The translations under genes and the position numbers were made by a program. A stretch of 64,000 nucleotides of DNA, from NCBI GenBank assembly GCA_050177605.1, contig JBFXGX010000008.1, positions 1-64,000 on the forward strand, read 5' to 3'. Source of the stretch: Candidatus Izemoplasmatales bacterium (GTDB lineage Bacteria; Bacillota_I; Bacilli_A; Izemoplasmatales; Hujiaoplasmataceae). Positions 40,052 to 50,375 of the stretch are shown here, piece by piece (the stretch's first letter is position 1; the number at the start of each line of letters is the position of its first letter). The notes under the pieces were generated by a model. That model did no database searches. It saw only the letters and a program-made list of their open reading frames with translations, and was not told where the DNA came from.

Positions 40052-40944
40052 TTTTTATACACCTTATGGCCACCAAACTCATTCCGCATCGCTGAAACGA
40101 CCTTTTCAGAGAAATGATTCACATCCTTTGATTTATAACGAGCAAACAAGGACCCTGCAATGACAGGAATCGATACTTTTTTCTTTAAGGCTTCTTCAAT
40201 CGTCCATTGTCCTTCGCCAGAGTCATCAACGATTCCTTCAAGCGATTCTAATTTACTTTCTTTTTGGAAAGCATGATGGATGCTTCGTAGTAATAATCCT
40301 TCAATAATCGATCCATTGGCCCATACTCGTGATACTTTTTCGTAATCATATTGGTAATCAGAAGATTCTAGTAAATCAAAACCTTCACCAATGGCTTGCA
40401 TCATTCCATATTCAATTCCGTTATGAACCATTTTTGCAAAATGCCCAGCACCAGATTCTCCTAAATAGGCATATCCATTTGTCGTCGCGACAGCTAAAAA
40501 GATTTCTTCAATAGAAGGGATGACTTCCTTATCTCCTCCGACCATTAACGATGCGCCGTTACGAGCACCATCCATTCCGCCAGATGTTCCACAATCGACA
40601 AAATAGATTTGACTAGATTTCAGTAAAGCATGACGACGTACTGTATCATGGAAGTTTGAATTTCCACCATCGATGACGATGTCATCTTTCTTTAATAATG
40701 TCAATAATTCATGTAATACACTTTCCGTGATTTTTCCTGATGGAACCATCAGCCATACAACTTTTCTTTCGGGTAATTTTCCAAGTAATTCTTGATAGCT
40801 AGAAGCGACCTCAATGCCAGCCTTCTTCGCTGTATTTCTCGCCTCCTCAGTCACATCGTATGCGACTACTTCAATGCCATGATCTTTCATATTAAGGGCT
40901 AAATGATAGCCCATTTTTCCAAGTCCGATTAGTCCTAATTTCAT
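40048..40944 (-). CDS. gnd: 6-phosphogluconate dehydrogenase (short decarboxylating type)
   Basis: GLGKMG, DGGNS, DCGTSGG, KMVHNGIEYG, RNEFGGH. Confidence 0.95.
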   Translation of the reverse strand: MKLGLIGLGKMGYHLALNMKDHGIEVVAYDVTEEARNTAKKAGIEVASSYQELLGKLPERKVVWLMVPSGKITESVLHELLTLLKKDDIVIDGGNSNFHDTVRRHALLKSSQIYFVDCGTSGGMDGARNGASLMVGGDKEVIPSIEEIFLAVATTNGYAYLGESGAGHFAKMVHNGIEYGMMQAIGEGFDLLESSDYQYDYEKVSRVWANGSIIEGLLLRSIHHAFQKESKLESLEGIVDDSGEGQWTIEEALKKKVSIPVIAGSLFARYKSKDVNHFSEKVVSAMRNEFGGHKVYKK

Positions 40945-41045
40945 GATTAATTCCTCCTATACAGTACTATTATACTAAAATGAAACTAAGAATTGTGTTT
41001 GTTTGCTTAAATTTGCTTAAAAAAAATACCTCTTTCTTTGAGGTA

Positions 41046-41450
41046 TTATTCGCCAGTAACGGTTTCGTATGGCCAGTCGATGATTCCACCCATATCATAA
41101 ACAAATGGATAACCCATTAATGAGAGAATCGATGAGGCAGTTGCACTTCGATTTCCACTATTGCAATAGATAATGTAAATCTTCGATTTGTCAGGTAGAA
41201 CTGTACTTGCGTCCACACTTACATTATCGACAGGTAGAAGAATTGCATTTGGAATATGATAGGTAGTATATTCTGATAATGTACGCACATCGACCAAGAC
41301 AATATCTGGATTATTATCCATCATTGATTTTCCAACTTCAGCACTAATCACTGTTGGCGAATATGTGAGTGAAGTGGTCGCGCTATTTCCTGAACAGGAT
41401 ACTAAAAATAAAGACACGATGAGGGTGAAAAGTAAAAATATTTTTTTCAT
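41046..41450 (-). CDS. Rhodanese-like lipoprotein
   Basis: Lipobox LVSC; DVRT..EY..HIP, YCNSGNRS. Confidence 0.88.
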   Translation of the reverse strand: MKKIFLLFTLIVSLFLVSCSGNSATTSLTYSPTVISAEVGKSMMDNNPDIVLVDVRTLSEYTTYHIPNAILLPVDNVSVDASTVLPDKSKIYIIYCNSGNRSATASSILSLMGYPFVYDMGGIIDWPYETVTGE

Positions 41451-41591
41451 AGATTTTCTCCTTCTTTAGGTTAAAACTATTATAACATAAGAATCAAAGA
41501 CATTTGTCAAACAATGCTCGCTATAGTTTACAAATATCGCCAGATTGTATATAATGGATTTATCAAGATTTAAAATAGGCAGGGGATTATA

Positions 41592-42308
41592 ATGAATCAA
41601 CTTGGTAGTACTTTAAACGAAATTAAACACGACAAAATCCTTGATATTGGGACAGGCGTCGGTAATTTTATTATGACAATCGATGAAGTGGTTCCAGACT
41701 ATCAAGAAATTGTTGGAATTGATCTATCAAAAAGGTTATTAGACCGTGCTGCGACGTTTTTTGAAGCGAATCCAAGAATTCGTTTTCTAGAAATGGATGC
41801 ATCAAAGATGTCCTTTGAAGATAATGTATTTGATATCGTCACTTTCTCAAATTCACTTCATCATATCAAAAATCACCAAGAGGTTTTTCAAGAAGTTGAA
41901 AGGGTATTAAAACCTGGTGGTTATTTTTTAGTGAATGAAATGTTAAGTGACTCACTGAATGAAGCCCAAATGTCTCACCTTTTCATCCATCATTTCGCTG
42001 CAGAGATTGATCGTATCCGTGGGTTTATTCATGATGAGACTTTTACGAAAGAAGAAATTATCGCTTTAATAAAAAAGGCATCTCATTTCAAAATTGTATC
42101 TTCTTGGGAAATGCAACTTGAAGGGCAGATGAATCCTTTTGAAGGAATTGACGGAATGAAAAAGACTGTTGATCAACTCCTTAAACAAGTGGAGAATCAT
42201 AATGAATATCCTCGTCTTTATGCAGAAGGAGAAAGAATGAAAAAATATTTTGATCAGTATGGGGTACTCGCTGCCACCCAATTTTTAATCCTTCTTGAAA
42301 AAGAATAA
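41592..42308 (+). CDS. Class I SAM-dependent methyltransferase
   Basis: ILDIGTGVG, GIDLS, RVLKPGG. Confidence 0.88.
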   Translation: MNQLGSTLNEIKHDKILDIGTGVGNFIMTIDEVVPDYQEIVGIDLSKRLLDRAATFFEANPRIRFLEMDASKMSFEDNVFDIVTFSNSLHHIKNHQEVFQEVERVLKPGGYFLVNEMLSDSLNEAQMSHLFIHHFAAEIDRIRGFIHDETFTKEEIIALIKKASHFKIVSSWEMQLEGQMNPFEGIDGMKKTVDQLLKQVENHNEYPRLYAEGERMKKYFDQYGVLAATQFLILLEKE

Positions 42309-42319
42309 GAGGTGAAGGT

Positions 42320-43030
42320 ATGAACTTAAATCAATTGTTATTACTTGGGATTGTAACCTTTTTAATTTACTTTATTTTTATTGAGATTTTTACTGTTTTG
42401 TTTCGCTTAACAGGGATGTCTAAAAACAAGTCAAGATTTCAAGTGATTTCGCTCTTCACAAATAGTGGGTACACGACACAAGAAGCAGAACTCATTGTGA
42501 ATCATCAAATGAGAAGAAGACTCGCGACAACAACCATGCTTTTAGGGTATGCGTTAAATGTAACTGTTATTAGTGTGCTCATCAATATTATTATGACACT
42601 AGGATCATCTTCAAGTACGAAAGATGTCTGGATGTTTTTGATTTACTTTGGTGGATTTATTTTGCTTGTTTATCTTTTAGCGAAAGTGAAAATTTTTGAT
42701 AACTTTATTCAAAAGATGATTCGTGCAGTGGCTATTTCCTTGATGTACAAAAGGAATGAAAATATTATTGAAGTCATCGATCACTATAGCGATTTTACAA
42801 TCGCCGAAATTAGTATTAAAAAATTACCGGAACAATGTAGAGGTATTCCGCTAAAGGAAAATGGAATGAAAAGTAACTATGGTCTTCAAGTTTTGGCAAT
42901 CAAAAGAAAGTCTCTCGTGCTTGATGAAGTGGATGGAGACACGATTATCAATGAAGATGACATTATCATCGTATCGGGGAAATTAGCCAAAATGAAAGAG
43001 TTATTTATATCGCTTGCAGACGAATCGTGA
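42320..43030 (+). CDS. Membrane protein with C-terminal TrkA-C/RCK domain
   Basis: FRLTG..ARFQ-like SRFQVISLFTNSGYTTQEAE; VLAIKR..DIIIVSG. Confidence 0.8.
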   Translation: MNLNQLLLLGIVTFLIYFIFIEIFTVLFRLTGMSKNKSRFQVISLFTNSGYTTQEAELIVNHQMRRRLATTTMLLGYALNVTVISVLINIIMTLGSSSSTKDVWMFLIYFGGFILLVYLLAKVKIFDNFIQKMIRAVAISLMYKRNENIIEVIDHYSDFTIAEISIKKLPEQCRGIPLKENGMKSNYGLQVLAIKRKSLVLDEVDGDTIINEDDIIIVSGKLAKMKELFISLADES

Positions 43031-43109
43031 GGAACGATTCGTTTTTTCTTTGCAGATTTGAAACGAAATGAAAGTCGTGATATAATGGGTAAGACGAGGT
43101 GCAATATAT

Positions 43110-43703
43110 ATGAAAAGATCAATAAAGAAAAATCTAAAATTAAGCCAAATCTACCAGTATTCAGAAGAAAGACAAAGTTTTTTAGTTCCGATTTCACTTG
43201 AAACTTATGATGAATTGTTTAACGCGTGGGATGCAGCACCCATTAAAAGACGAGATATTGAACCTGACTTGCTTCACTATTTAGAACAAGTCGCTTTTGA
43301 AATTCCACTCAGTGAAAATATTATTCTCGTATTTCAATTACCTGAAGACATTCGAGATAATCGAAAAGAACAAATCGCCAAAGAGGCAGTCTATCATAAT
43401 TTTACGATGATTCGCCACTTTATTAACCAAGAGACGAAAAGAAATAACCGAAAAATGGTTTCTTATTTTATTATTGGTATCATCTTTCTTTCCGCTTCAT
43501 ATTTATTCCAAAATTTACTAAATCCAATCTTCCCGTTTTCTATTTTAGTGGATGGGTTTTTCATTGGTGGCTGGGTGATGTTTTGGGAAGCATTCTCACT
43601 ATTCTTCTTTTCTGGAAACGAACTTCGATCCAGAAGACAACGATATATTCGCTATAGCGACTCGATTATCGAGTTTAACTATCAAGCATTACAAGCATCC
43701 TAA
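43110..43703 (+). CDS. Conserved hypothetical membrane protein
   Basis: FNAWDAAP..RDI, IGGWVMFWEA. Confidence 0.7.
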   Translation: MKRSIKKNLKLSQIYQYSEERQSFLVPISLETYDELFNAWDAAPIKRRDIEPDLLHYLEQVAFEIPLSENIILVFQLPEDIRDNRKEQIAKEAVYHNFTMIRHFINQETKRNNRKMVSYFIIGIIFLSASYLFQNLLNPIFPFSILVDGFFIGGWVMFWEAFSLFFFSGNELRSRRQRYIRYSDSIIEFNYQALQAS

Positions 43704-43760
43704 ATAGATTTTTCTTTTTCCTATGCTATAATTATTTTGGGAAAGAAAGAAGGTGTTTTT

Positions 43761-44798
43761 ATGCATACAATAGCATTTTTTGATACAAAACCTTATGATA
43801 AGACCTATTTTAACGAATATAATAAAAACTATAAAATTAAATACTTTGAAAGCAAACTTCATGAAAATTCGTATACATTAGCGAAAGGTGCAGATGTTGT
43901 TTGTGCTTTTGTCAATGATACACTGAGCGAGACAGTAATTCAGGGACTTTATGAACTTGGCGTTAAAGTGATAGCGATGAGATCGAGTGGATACAATAAC
44001 GTCGATGTGAAAAGTGCGTATGGTAAAATCACCATCGTTCGTGTTCCTGCGTATTCACCAAATGCGGTTGCGGAACTCGCCATGACACTCTTACTTACAA
44101 TTAACCGAAAAGTACATCGTGCTTATAACCGTACTAGAGATTTTAATTTCAGTTTAGCTGGGCTCGTAGGCTTTGATATGGTTGGTAAAACCGTTGGCGT
44201 GATTGGTACTGGACGAATTGGACAGGTATTCATCCAAATTGCAAGAGGATTTGGAATGAATGTGATTGCCTATGATCCATTCCCAAATCAAAACCTAGAC
44301 GTGAAATACGCTTCTCTTGATGATCTATTCAAACAAAGTGACATCATTTCCTTGCATTGTCCACTTACCGAAGATACCAAACATATCATTAATGAGAAAT
44401 CTATCCAGTTAATGAAGAATGGTGTTGTAATTATTAATACTTCCCGAGGAGGATTAATTGAAAGTAATTCCTTACTAAAGGGATTAAAAGAAGGAAAGAT
44501 TAGAGCTGCAGGTCTGGATGTTTATGAGGAAGAAGCGGATATCTTCTTTGAAGATAATTCAAACACGATTATGCAAGATGATGTTTTAAGCCTTCTTGTA
44601 TCACTACCAAATGTTATTATCACTTCGCATCAAGGATTTTTAACAGAAGAAGCTTTATCGAATATTGCTGAAACAACCTTAAAAAATCTTGATCAGTATT
44701 TTGGTGATGAATTACTTGAAAATGAAATCTGTTATTTATGTAAAGATGGAAGGGCAGCGTATGAATGCCGTCACCATCAAAAGAAGAGATGTTTTTAG
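43761..44798 (+). CDS. ldhA: D-lactate (D-2-hydroxyacid) dehydrogenase
   Basis: [42 protein letters not shown]. Confidence 0.9.
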   Translation: MHTIAFFDTKPYDKTYFNEYNKNYKIKYFESKLHENSYTLAKGADVVCAFVNDTLSETVIQGLYELGVKVIAMRSSGYNNVDVKSAYGKITIVRVPAYSPNAVAELAMTLLLTINRKVHRAYNRTRDFNFSLAGLVGFDMVGKTVGVIGTGRIGQVFIQIARGFGMNVIAYDPFPNQNLDVKYASLDDLFKQSDIISLHCPLTEDTKHIINEKSIQLMKNGVVIINTSRGGLIESNSLLKGLKEGKIRAAGLDVYEEEADIFFEDNSNTIMQDDVLSLLVSLPNVIITSHQGFLTEEALSNIAETTLKNLDQYFGDELLENEICYLCKDGRAAYECRHHQKKRCF

Positions 44799-44812
44799 AA
44801 CGGGAGAATACG

Positions 44813-45499
44813 ATGATTAAATTAGTACTTGTAAGACACGGAGAAAGTGTCTGGAATTTAGAAAACAAATTTACTGGATGGACAAATGTTGAACTATCCG
44901 AAAATGGTGTCAAGGAAGCGAAAAAAGCAGGACTAGAATTAAAGGAGAAAGGATATACATTTGATGTTGCTTTCTCGAGCGTTTTAAAAAGAGCAAATAA
45001 GACACTTGATTATATTTTAGAAGAACTAGAGTTATCTGTACCAATCTATTATTCTTGGAGGCTAAATGAAAGACATTATGGGGCTCTCCAAGGATTAAAT
45101 AAACAAGAAACAGCGGATATCTATGGCGCAGACCAAGTGAAGTTATGGCGTCGTAGTTTAACAACAAGGCCACCAAAACTTGAAGAAAATGATCCTCGTT
45201 ATCCTGGCAATGATCCAGTTTATAAAGATTTATCAAAAGATGAATTACCACTAACTGAAAACTTACTGGATACGGTAGACCGTGTCGTAGATTATTGGAA
45301 TTCTGATATTGCTCCTCAAATATTAGCTGGGAAAAAAGTGCTTATCGTCGCACATGGAAATAGTTTACGCGCATTAATCAAATTCCTTGATGAAGTCAGT
45401 GATGATGATATTATGGGAATTGAACTTCCTACAGGAAAACCACTGGTTTATGAACTAGATGAGAAGTCATTGAAACCAATCAAGCACTATTATTTATAA
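44813..45499 (+). CDS. gpmA: 2,3-BPG-dependent phosphoglycerate mutase
   Basis: [25 protein letters not shown]. Confidence 0.95.
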   Translation: MIKLVLVRHGESVWNLENKFTGWTNVELSENGVKEAKKAGLELKEKGYTFDVAFSSVLKRANKTLDYILEELELSVPIYYSWRLNERHYGALQGLNKQETADIYGADQVKLWRRSLTTRPPKLEENDPRYPGNDPVYKDLSKDELPLTENLLDTVDRVVDYWNSDIAPQILAGKKVLIVAHGNSLRALIKFLDEVSDDDIMGIELPTGKPLVYELDEKSLKPIKHYYL

Positions 45500-45506
45500 T
45501 CAAAAG

Positions 45507-45532
45507 AAAAAGCACAGAATCTGTGCTTTTTT
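45507..45532. terminator. Bidirectional terminator
   Basis: AAAAAGCACAG-AAT-CTGTGCTTTTT. Confidence 0.75.
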
Positions 45533-45534
45533 TG

Positions 45535-47142
45535 TTAGTATGAAGCGATTGAACCATCGCATCGCGGTTCTGTACCAGCAATGTAATGTCCATTTTCTGT
45601 TTTGATGATGATTTCACCACGACCAAAGCTTGCGAGTTCAGGCTCTACTTTAATCAGATGTCCTCGATTTCTTAATTTGTCGATGAACACAGGATCAAGT
45701 GATGGCTCCACTGTGACAGTTTCATTTTCCATCCATTGAAAACGAGGTGCATCAAGTGCAGACTGTGGATTCATTCCCCAATCAATCATATTCATGACCA
45801 CTTGTAAATGTCCTTGTGGCTGCATGAATCCACCCATCACACCGAAAGGTCCGATGGCTTTCCCATCTTTCATTAAAAATCCAGGAATGATTGTATGATA
45901 ACTTCGTTTATGAGGACCAAGTTCATTTGGATGACCGCTTTCTAAGCTGAAATTATGACCACGATTTTGAAGCGCAATGCCAGTATGAGGTACAACGAGT
46001 CCTGAACCAAATCCCATATAATTACTTTGAATGTAGGAAACCATATTTCCGTCTTTATCTGCCGTTGCTAAATAAACAGTACCACTTCCAAACGGTTTTA
46101 AATCAGAATAAGTACTTGCCTTATCAGTGATTTGATTGAAGCAAGAACGGGTATATGATTCCGATAATAACTGTTCATAATCAAATTGTTGATTCGAGGA
46201 ATCACTTACATAAGTTGACGCATCTTTAAATGATTGTTTAATTGCTTCAATTTGAACATGTAAAATTTCATCTCTTGTTTTGTCTTTCAAATCATAATGG
46301 GACATGATTTTGAGTGCTTCGAGAGCAACAATTCCTTGTCCGTTTGGTGGAATCTCACAAACATCATATCCTTTATAATTCACAGATAGCGGTTTTACCC
46401 AAGAAGGTTGATAGTCTTCTAAGTCTTTTTTCCTCAAAAACCCATTGTATTTTCTCGAATAGGCATCTATTTTATCAGCAAGTTCTCCATGATAAAACGA
46501 ATGAGCATTCGTAGTGCCAATTTCAAAAAGCGTTTTTGCATGATCAGGAAGATAAAATATCTCACCTTCGCTTGGGGCAATATCACTGTTAGTGAATGTA
46601 TCAAAGAAGGAAACGTACTCTTCTCCTTTTAATACTTTTTTATACCCTTTGGCAGCATTTTGCCAATGCCTCGATACTTCATGTGTTACTGGAAAGCCAT
46701 ATTTTGCATACTCAATCGCTGGCGTTAAACATTCAAGTAAACTGAGTTTTCCAAAGCGCTTGTTTAAGCTAGCCCAAGCCGAAGGAACCCCAGGAACCAT
46801 TACGGGAATAAATCCAAAGCGAGGAATCTCAGTGATTCCTCTTTCTTCTAATGCCTCTTTGGTGAGGAGATAGGGGCTATAACCGCTACTATTCAGACCG
46901 TATAGTTCTTGATTCATATAACAGATTGCGAAGGCATCTCCTCCAATTCCATTGGACGTAGGCTCGACAACAGTAAGACAAGCAGCGGTTGCAATCGCTG
47001 CATCGACAGCATTTCCTCCAGCGAGCAATATCCGTAATCCCGCTGAAGCTGCAAGTGGATGAGAAGTCGCTACAACACCATTATTAGCATGAACAACATT
47101 TCTCTTTGAGGAAAAGGGATAATGGTTCAAATTCATATTCAT
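45535..47142 (-). CDS. Gamma-glutamyltransferase family protein (YwrD-like, no signal peptide)
   Basis: GGNAVDAAIA, GTVYLATAD (catalytic Thr), HTIIPG, GVMGGFMQPQG. Confidence 0.9.
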   Translation of the reverse strand: MNMNLNHYPFSSKRNVVHANNGVVATSHPLAASAGLRILLAGGNAVDAAIATAACLTVVEPTSNGIGGDAFAICYMNQELYGLNSSGYSPYLLTKEALEERGITEIPRFGFIPVMVPGVPSAWASLNKRFGKLSLLECLTPAIEYAKYGFPVTHEVSRHWQNAAKGYKKVLKGEEYVSFFDTFTNSDIAPSEGEIFYLPDHAKTLFEIGTTNAHSFYHGELADKIDAYSRKYNGFLRKKDLEDYQPSWVKPLSVNYKGYDVCEIPPNGQGIVALEALKIMSHYDLKDKTRDEILHVQIEAIKQSFKDASTYVSDSSNQQFDYEQLLSESYTRSCFNQITDKASTYSDLKPFGSGTVYLATADKDGNMVSYIQSNYMGFGSGLVVPHTGIALQNRGHNFSLESGHPNELGPHKRSYHTIIPGFLMKDGKAIGPFGVMGGFMQPQGHLQVVMNMIDWGMNPQSALDAPRFQWMENETVTVEPSLDPVFIDKLRNRGHLIKVEPELASFGRGEIIIKTENGHYIAGTEPRCDGSIASY

Positions 47143-47153
47143 ATGTTCACCAC

Positions 47154-47690
47154 CTAAAGAAAGATCATTCCAAGGATACCACCAATAATAATGACAATCC
47201 ATGGTTTTTTACGTAAGAAATAAAAGATAACTGATAAGGCGACTAAGAAGAGAATATCCTTGTAGTCGACAAACATTTGACCATCATTATGAAAGATAAT
47301 TTTTAAAGTCATTGCGACCAAAGTATACCCAATGAGTCCAATAATAGCTGCTTTAATGTAGAGGAACCAATTTTGAACAAGTGGCGCGTTTCGATATTTT
47401 CTCAGTAAGCCAGCGAGAAAACTGACAATGACAAAACTAGGTGTCACAAATCCAATCGTGGCGATCAGGGATCCAACAACACCAAACATTTCATAACCAA
47501 CGTAGGTCGCTACATTGATTCCAACTGGCCCAGGTGTAGATTGCGCAATCGCAACCATTGAGTAAAAATCAGCTTCAGATAACCAGTGATGCGTATGAAC
47601 GACTTGTTGCAAGATAAGCGGAATGGCCACCATTCCTCCTCCGATTGTAAAGAGTCCTACATAGAAGAAGACAAAAAATAATAAAATCAT
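47154..47690 (-). CDS. Short-chain chromate transporter subunit
   Basis: GLFTIGGG, AQSTPGP, NVATYVG. Confidence 0.88.
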   Translation of the reverse strand: MILLFFVFFYVGLFTIGGGMVAIPLILQQVVHTHHWLSEADFYSMVAIAQSTPGPVGINVATYVGYEMFGVVGSLIATIGFVTPSFVIVSFLAGLLRKYRNAPLVQNWFLYIKAAIIGLIGYTLVAMTLKIIFHNDGQMFVDYKDILFLVALSVIFYFLRKKPWIVIIIGGILGMIFL

Positions 47691-48232
47691 TTTTTCACCT
47701 TCTTTACAAATAGATAGGTATGGAGCGTGCCAAGTACAAACGACATTAAGATAATTAACGATGTCGGTACATTTAAGAAATAGATTAGACCAAATGAAAG
47801 AAGAGCATAAAGCAATAAGTAGATATTCTTAATCGCTTTTTTTCCTAAATTAAAAAGAGCAAAGGCAAGTAAAATAATCACGACAATCATAATTCCTCTT
47901 AATGCACTTTGGACAAGTGGAATTTGATCAAATTCGCGTAAAAACATTGCGATAAAAATAATGGCGATAAAGGAAGGAAGAACAACGCCTAGCACAGCCA
48001 TCAGCGCGCCAATTCGTTTTCTTAAATGAATTCCAACGAGTGTTGCAATATTCACCGCAATCATTCCTGGTGCACTTTGACTCACAGCGATATAATCGTT
48101 TAGTTCGTCCTCGCTTATCCATCCCTTGAGGACAATTTCGCGTTCGATGACTGGAATCATCGCGAGTCCACCACCGAAAGTTAGGGCACCAATTTTAAAG
48201 AAAGTAAAAAATATTTGAAATAAACTAATCAT
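47687..48232 (-). CDS. Short-chain chromate transporter subunit
   Basis: FFKIGALTFGGG, SQSAPG, LPSF. Confidence 0.88.
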   Translation of the reverse strand: MISLFQIFFTFFKIGALTFGGGLAMIPVIEREIVLKGWISEDELNDYIAVSQSAPGMIAVNIATLVGIHLRKRIGALMAVLGVVLPSFIAIIFIAMFLREFDQIPLVQSALRGIMIVVIILLAFALFNLGKKAIKNIYLLLYALLSFGLIYFLNVPTSLIILMSFVLGTLHTYLFVKKVKK

Positions 48233-48403
48233 AGATTTCCCCATTTTCTGTAAATTCTATCAAAAACATTATAACACCATTTTGTGATTTCTTATGTTTT
48301 TTAAGCATATTTATTAAAAATTAATAAATTTAGAGAAATGATGTTAAGAATCAAAGTGATTATGATATAATTTGTAACAATATCTTTTGAAAGGAGAATT
48401 GCA

Positions 48404-49084
48404 ATGGCATTTAGAAAGGCGTTCATTGACTCAACACCAGTACTTTTTGCATATCTTTTTTTAGGAATTGGCTATGGTATGTTAATGGAACAAAATGGCT
48501 ATTCTTTCGTCTACTCGTTCTTTGTCAGTCTTTTTACTTTTGCAGGTTCAGCTCAATTTGCAATGATTCCTTTGATGGTTGAGGGAATGAACTCTATTTA
48601 TGTGTTTATATTGATTTTCGTGATCAATGCGCGTCATATTTTTTACGGAATATCGATGAATAAAAAATATATGAACACGAATATGATGAAATATTATCTT
48701 TATTTTGGATTAACAGATGAGACGTTCACGGTGATTAATGCTCATGAGGAAGATCCTTGTGAAGATCCAAAAAAATACTATTTCTATCTTACCTTACTTC
48801 ATCAGTTATACTGGGTGACAGGGAGTGTACTTGGCGGAATCCTAGGTAGTTTACTTCCTTTTGAGATTATTGGGCTTGATTTTATCTTGTTTGCATTATT
48901 TTTAAGTGTTTATACATCTCAAATGAAAAAAGCAAAAGACAAACTTCCTGGCTTATTTGGGCTTGGTATTACCCTACTCGCCTTGATTCTGGTACGTTCT
49001 CAGTTTGTAATTGTATCGATGGTTCTAATTCTTATTTCTTTAGTGATTTATGAGAAAGAACATCTGAGGAGGGTATCCTCATGA
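48404..49084 (+). CDS. azlC: AzlC-family branched-chain amino acid exporter
   Basis: FAGSAQF, NARHIFYG, LTDETF. Confidence 0.9.
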   Translation: MAFRKAFIDSTPVLFAYLFLGIGYGMLMEQNGYSFVYSFFVSLFTFAGSAQFAMIPLMVEGMNSIYVFILIFVINARHIFYGISMNKKYMNTNMMKYYLYFGLTDETFTVINAHEEDPCEDPKKYYFYLTLLHQLYWVTGSVLGGILGSLLPFEIIGLDFILFALFLSVYTSQMKKAKDKLPGLFGLGITLLALILVRSQFVIVSMVLILISLVIYEKEHLRRVSS

Positions 49085-49392
49085 GAACAACCTTTATCAT
49101 CATCGCCGCAACCCTCGCAACACTATTTACTAGGTTTATTCCTCTATTTATCGACAAATATTTTAAAGATCATCCTTTTTTGAGTTATTTATCAAAGGTA
49201 CTTCCTACCGCTTCATTTGGATTGCTTGTAATCTATTCAATCAAAGATGTGTCCTTTGAACAATCTTCGACTTATTTACTTTTTGGTTGTGCATTATTGG
49301 TTGTATTTCTTGAATATAGATTTAATAAAATTTTATTAAGTATTTTCCTGCCAACGATCATCTATGTTATTTTCATGAATTTTATTCTATAA
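49081..49392 (+). CDS. azlD: AzlD-family small subunit
   Basis: TRFIP, YLSKVLP; ATGA overlap with azlC. Confidence 0.85.
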   Translation: MRTTFIIIAATLATLFTRFIPLFIDKYFKDHPFLSYLSKVLPTASFGLLVIYSIKDVSFEQSSTYLLFGCALLVVFLEYRFNKILLSIFLPTIIYVIFMNFIL

Positions 49393-49420
49393 AAAAAAGC
49401 ACTTTTTGAGTGCTTTTTTT
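49391..49420. terminator. Bidirectional terminator
   Basis: AAAAAAAGCACT-TTTTG-AGTGCTTTTTTT. Confidence 0.75.
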
Positions 49421-50375
49421 ATGCGTTTTTAATGATTGCTACGACAGGTATTAACAGAAATGCAATCCAGGAAAATGCCCACCAGGATAAGAAATATCCT
49501 AAACTGTAGAATATGATGACACTGATAAATGGCATTAAGGCAACAATCTTGTTACGATCTTTCACATTTAATAAAATAGCCATCACTGGAATGCCAAGAT
49601 AAATCATCCAAATCCAAGCCCAAGCATTGAAGAAGTAACCTACAGTGAAAAAGATCACCAGTGCTGCAATGACTGTAAGAGCCATCTTTTTCCCCATTTT
49701 ACTATGAGCAAAACTGATACGGATTTCACCAGTCATAACGCCATAGGCAATCGGCAATAAGAATACAAATCCACTGTAATTCCATTCGTTATAAGTATAT
49801 CCAAGGAATAAATATAATGCGATTGATACAAGCATGACTCCAATAAATCCATAAGCTTGTAATTTGTTTTTTCCACCAAGTGCGCCAATCATTGGCACAA
49901 TCAAGAAAATTAACCAACTAGGATGATAAATCCCCCAAATATAACCGATGATGAAAAAGGTAATCGTTGCGATGAATGGTGATAATGCTGTCAGCATGCT
50001 AACCAAACTCGTTTTTGATTCTAAAAGAATTGCTACCATCGGAATGAGTAAGAACACTAACCAACCAGGGTGCCATAAATTGAAGCCCATTCCGAGGATG
50101 AAGAAGAGGATAACGGAAATAAAAGGCATTAAAGCAATGAGCTTCGAGTTATGTCTTTTCACTTTCACTCCAACATAGGAGTAGCTATCTTTCATATCAT
50201 CGACGACTTTTTCAGGTGAACCTAGAAAAGCGTAGATTTCTTCATGGGTTAAGCCTCTGCTTAGTCCATCTTCATACATTTGATCGTAATCATTAATGAT
50301 ATCTTTCAGTTCATCGCTTTGGATATCATATCTTGTCATTAAAACTCGAAGTTGCTCTAAATATTGTTGTTTCAT
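49419..50375 (-). CDS. DUF1700/HAAS-like N-terminus fused to a repeat membrane domain
   Basis: YLEQL..DIINDY..LGSPE; five ~45-aa hairpin repeats; ATGA overlap with padR. Confidence 0.8.
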   Translation of the reverse strand: MKQQYLEQLRVLMTRYDIQSDELKDIINDYDQMYEDGLSRGLTHEEIYAFLGSPEKVVDDMKDSYSYVGVKVKRHNSKLIALMPFISVILFFILGMGFNLWHPGWLVFLLIPMVAILLESKTSLVSMLTALSPFIATITFFIIGYIWGIYHPSWLIFLIVPMIGALGGKNKLQAYGFIGVMLVSIALYLFLGYTYNEWNYSGFVFLLPIAYGVMTGEIRISFAHSKMGKKMALTVIAALVIFFTVGYFFNAWAWIWMIYLGIPVMAILLNVKDRNKIVALMPFISVIIFYSLGYFLSWWAFSWIAFLLIPVVAIIKNA

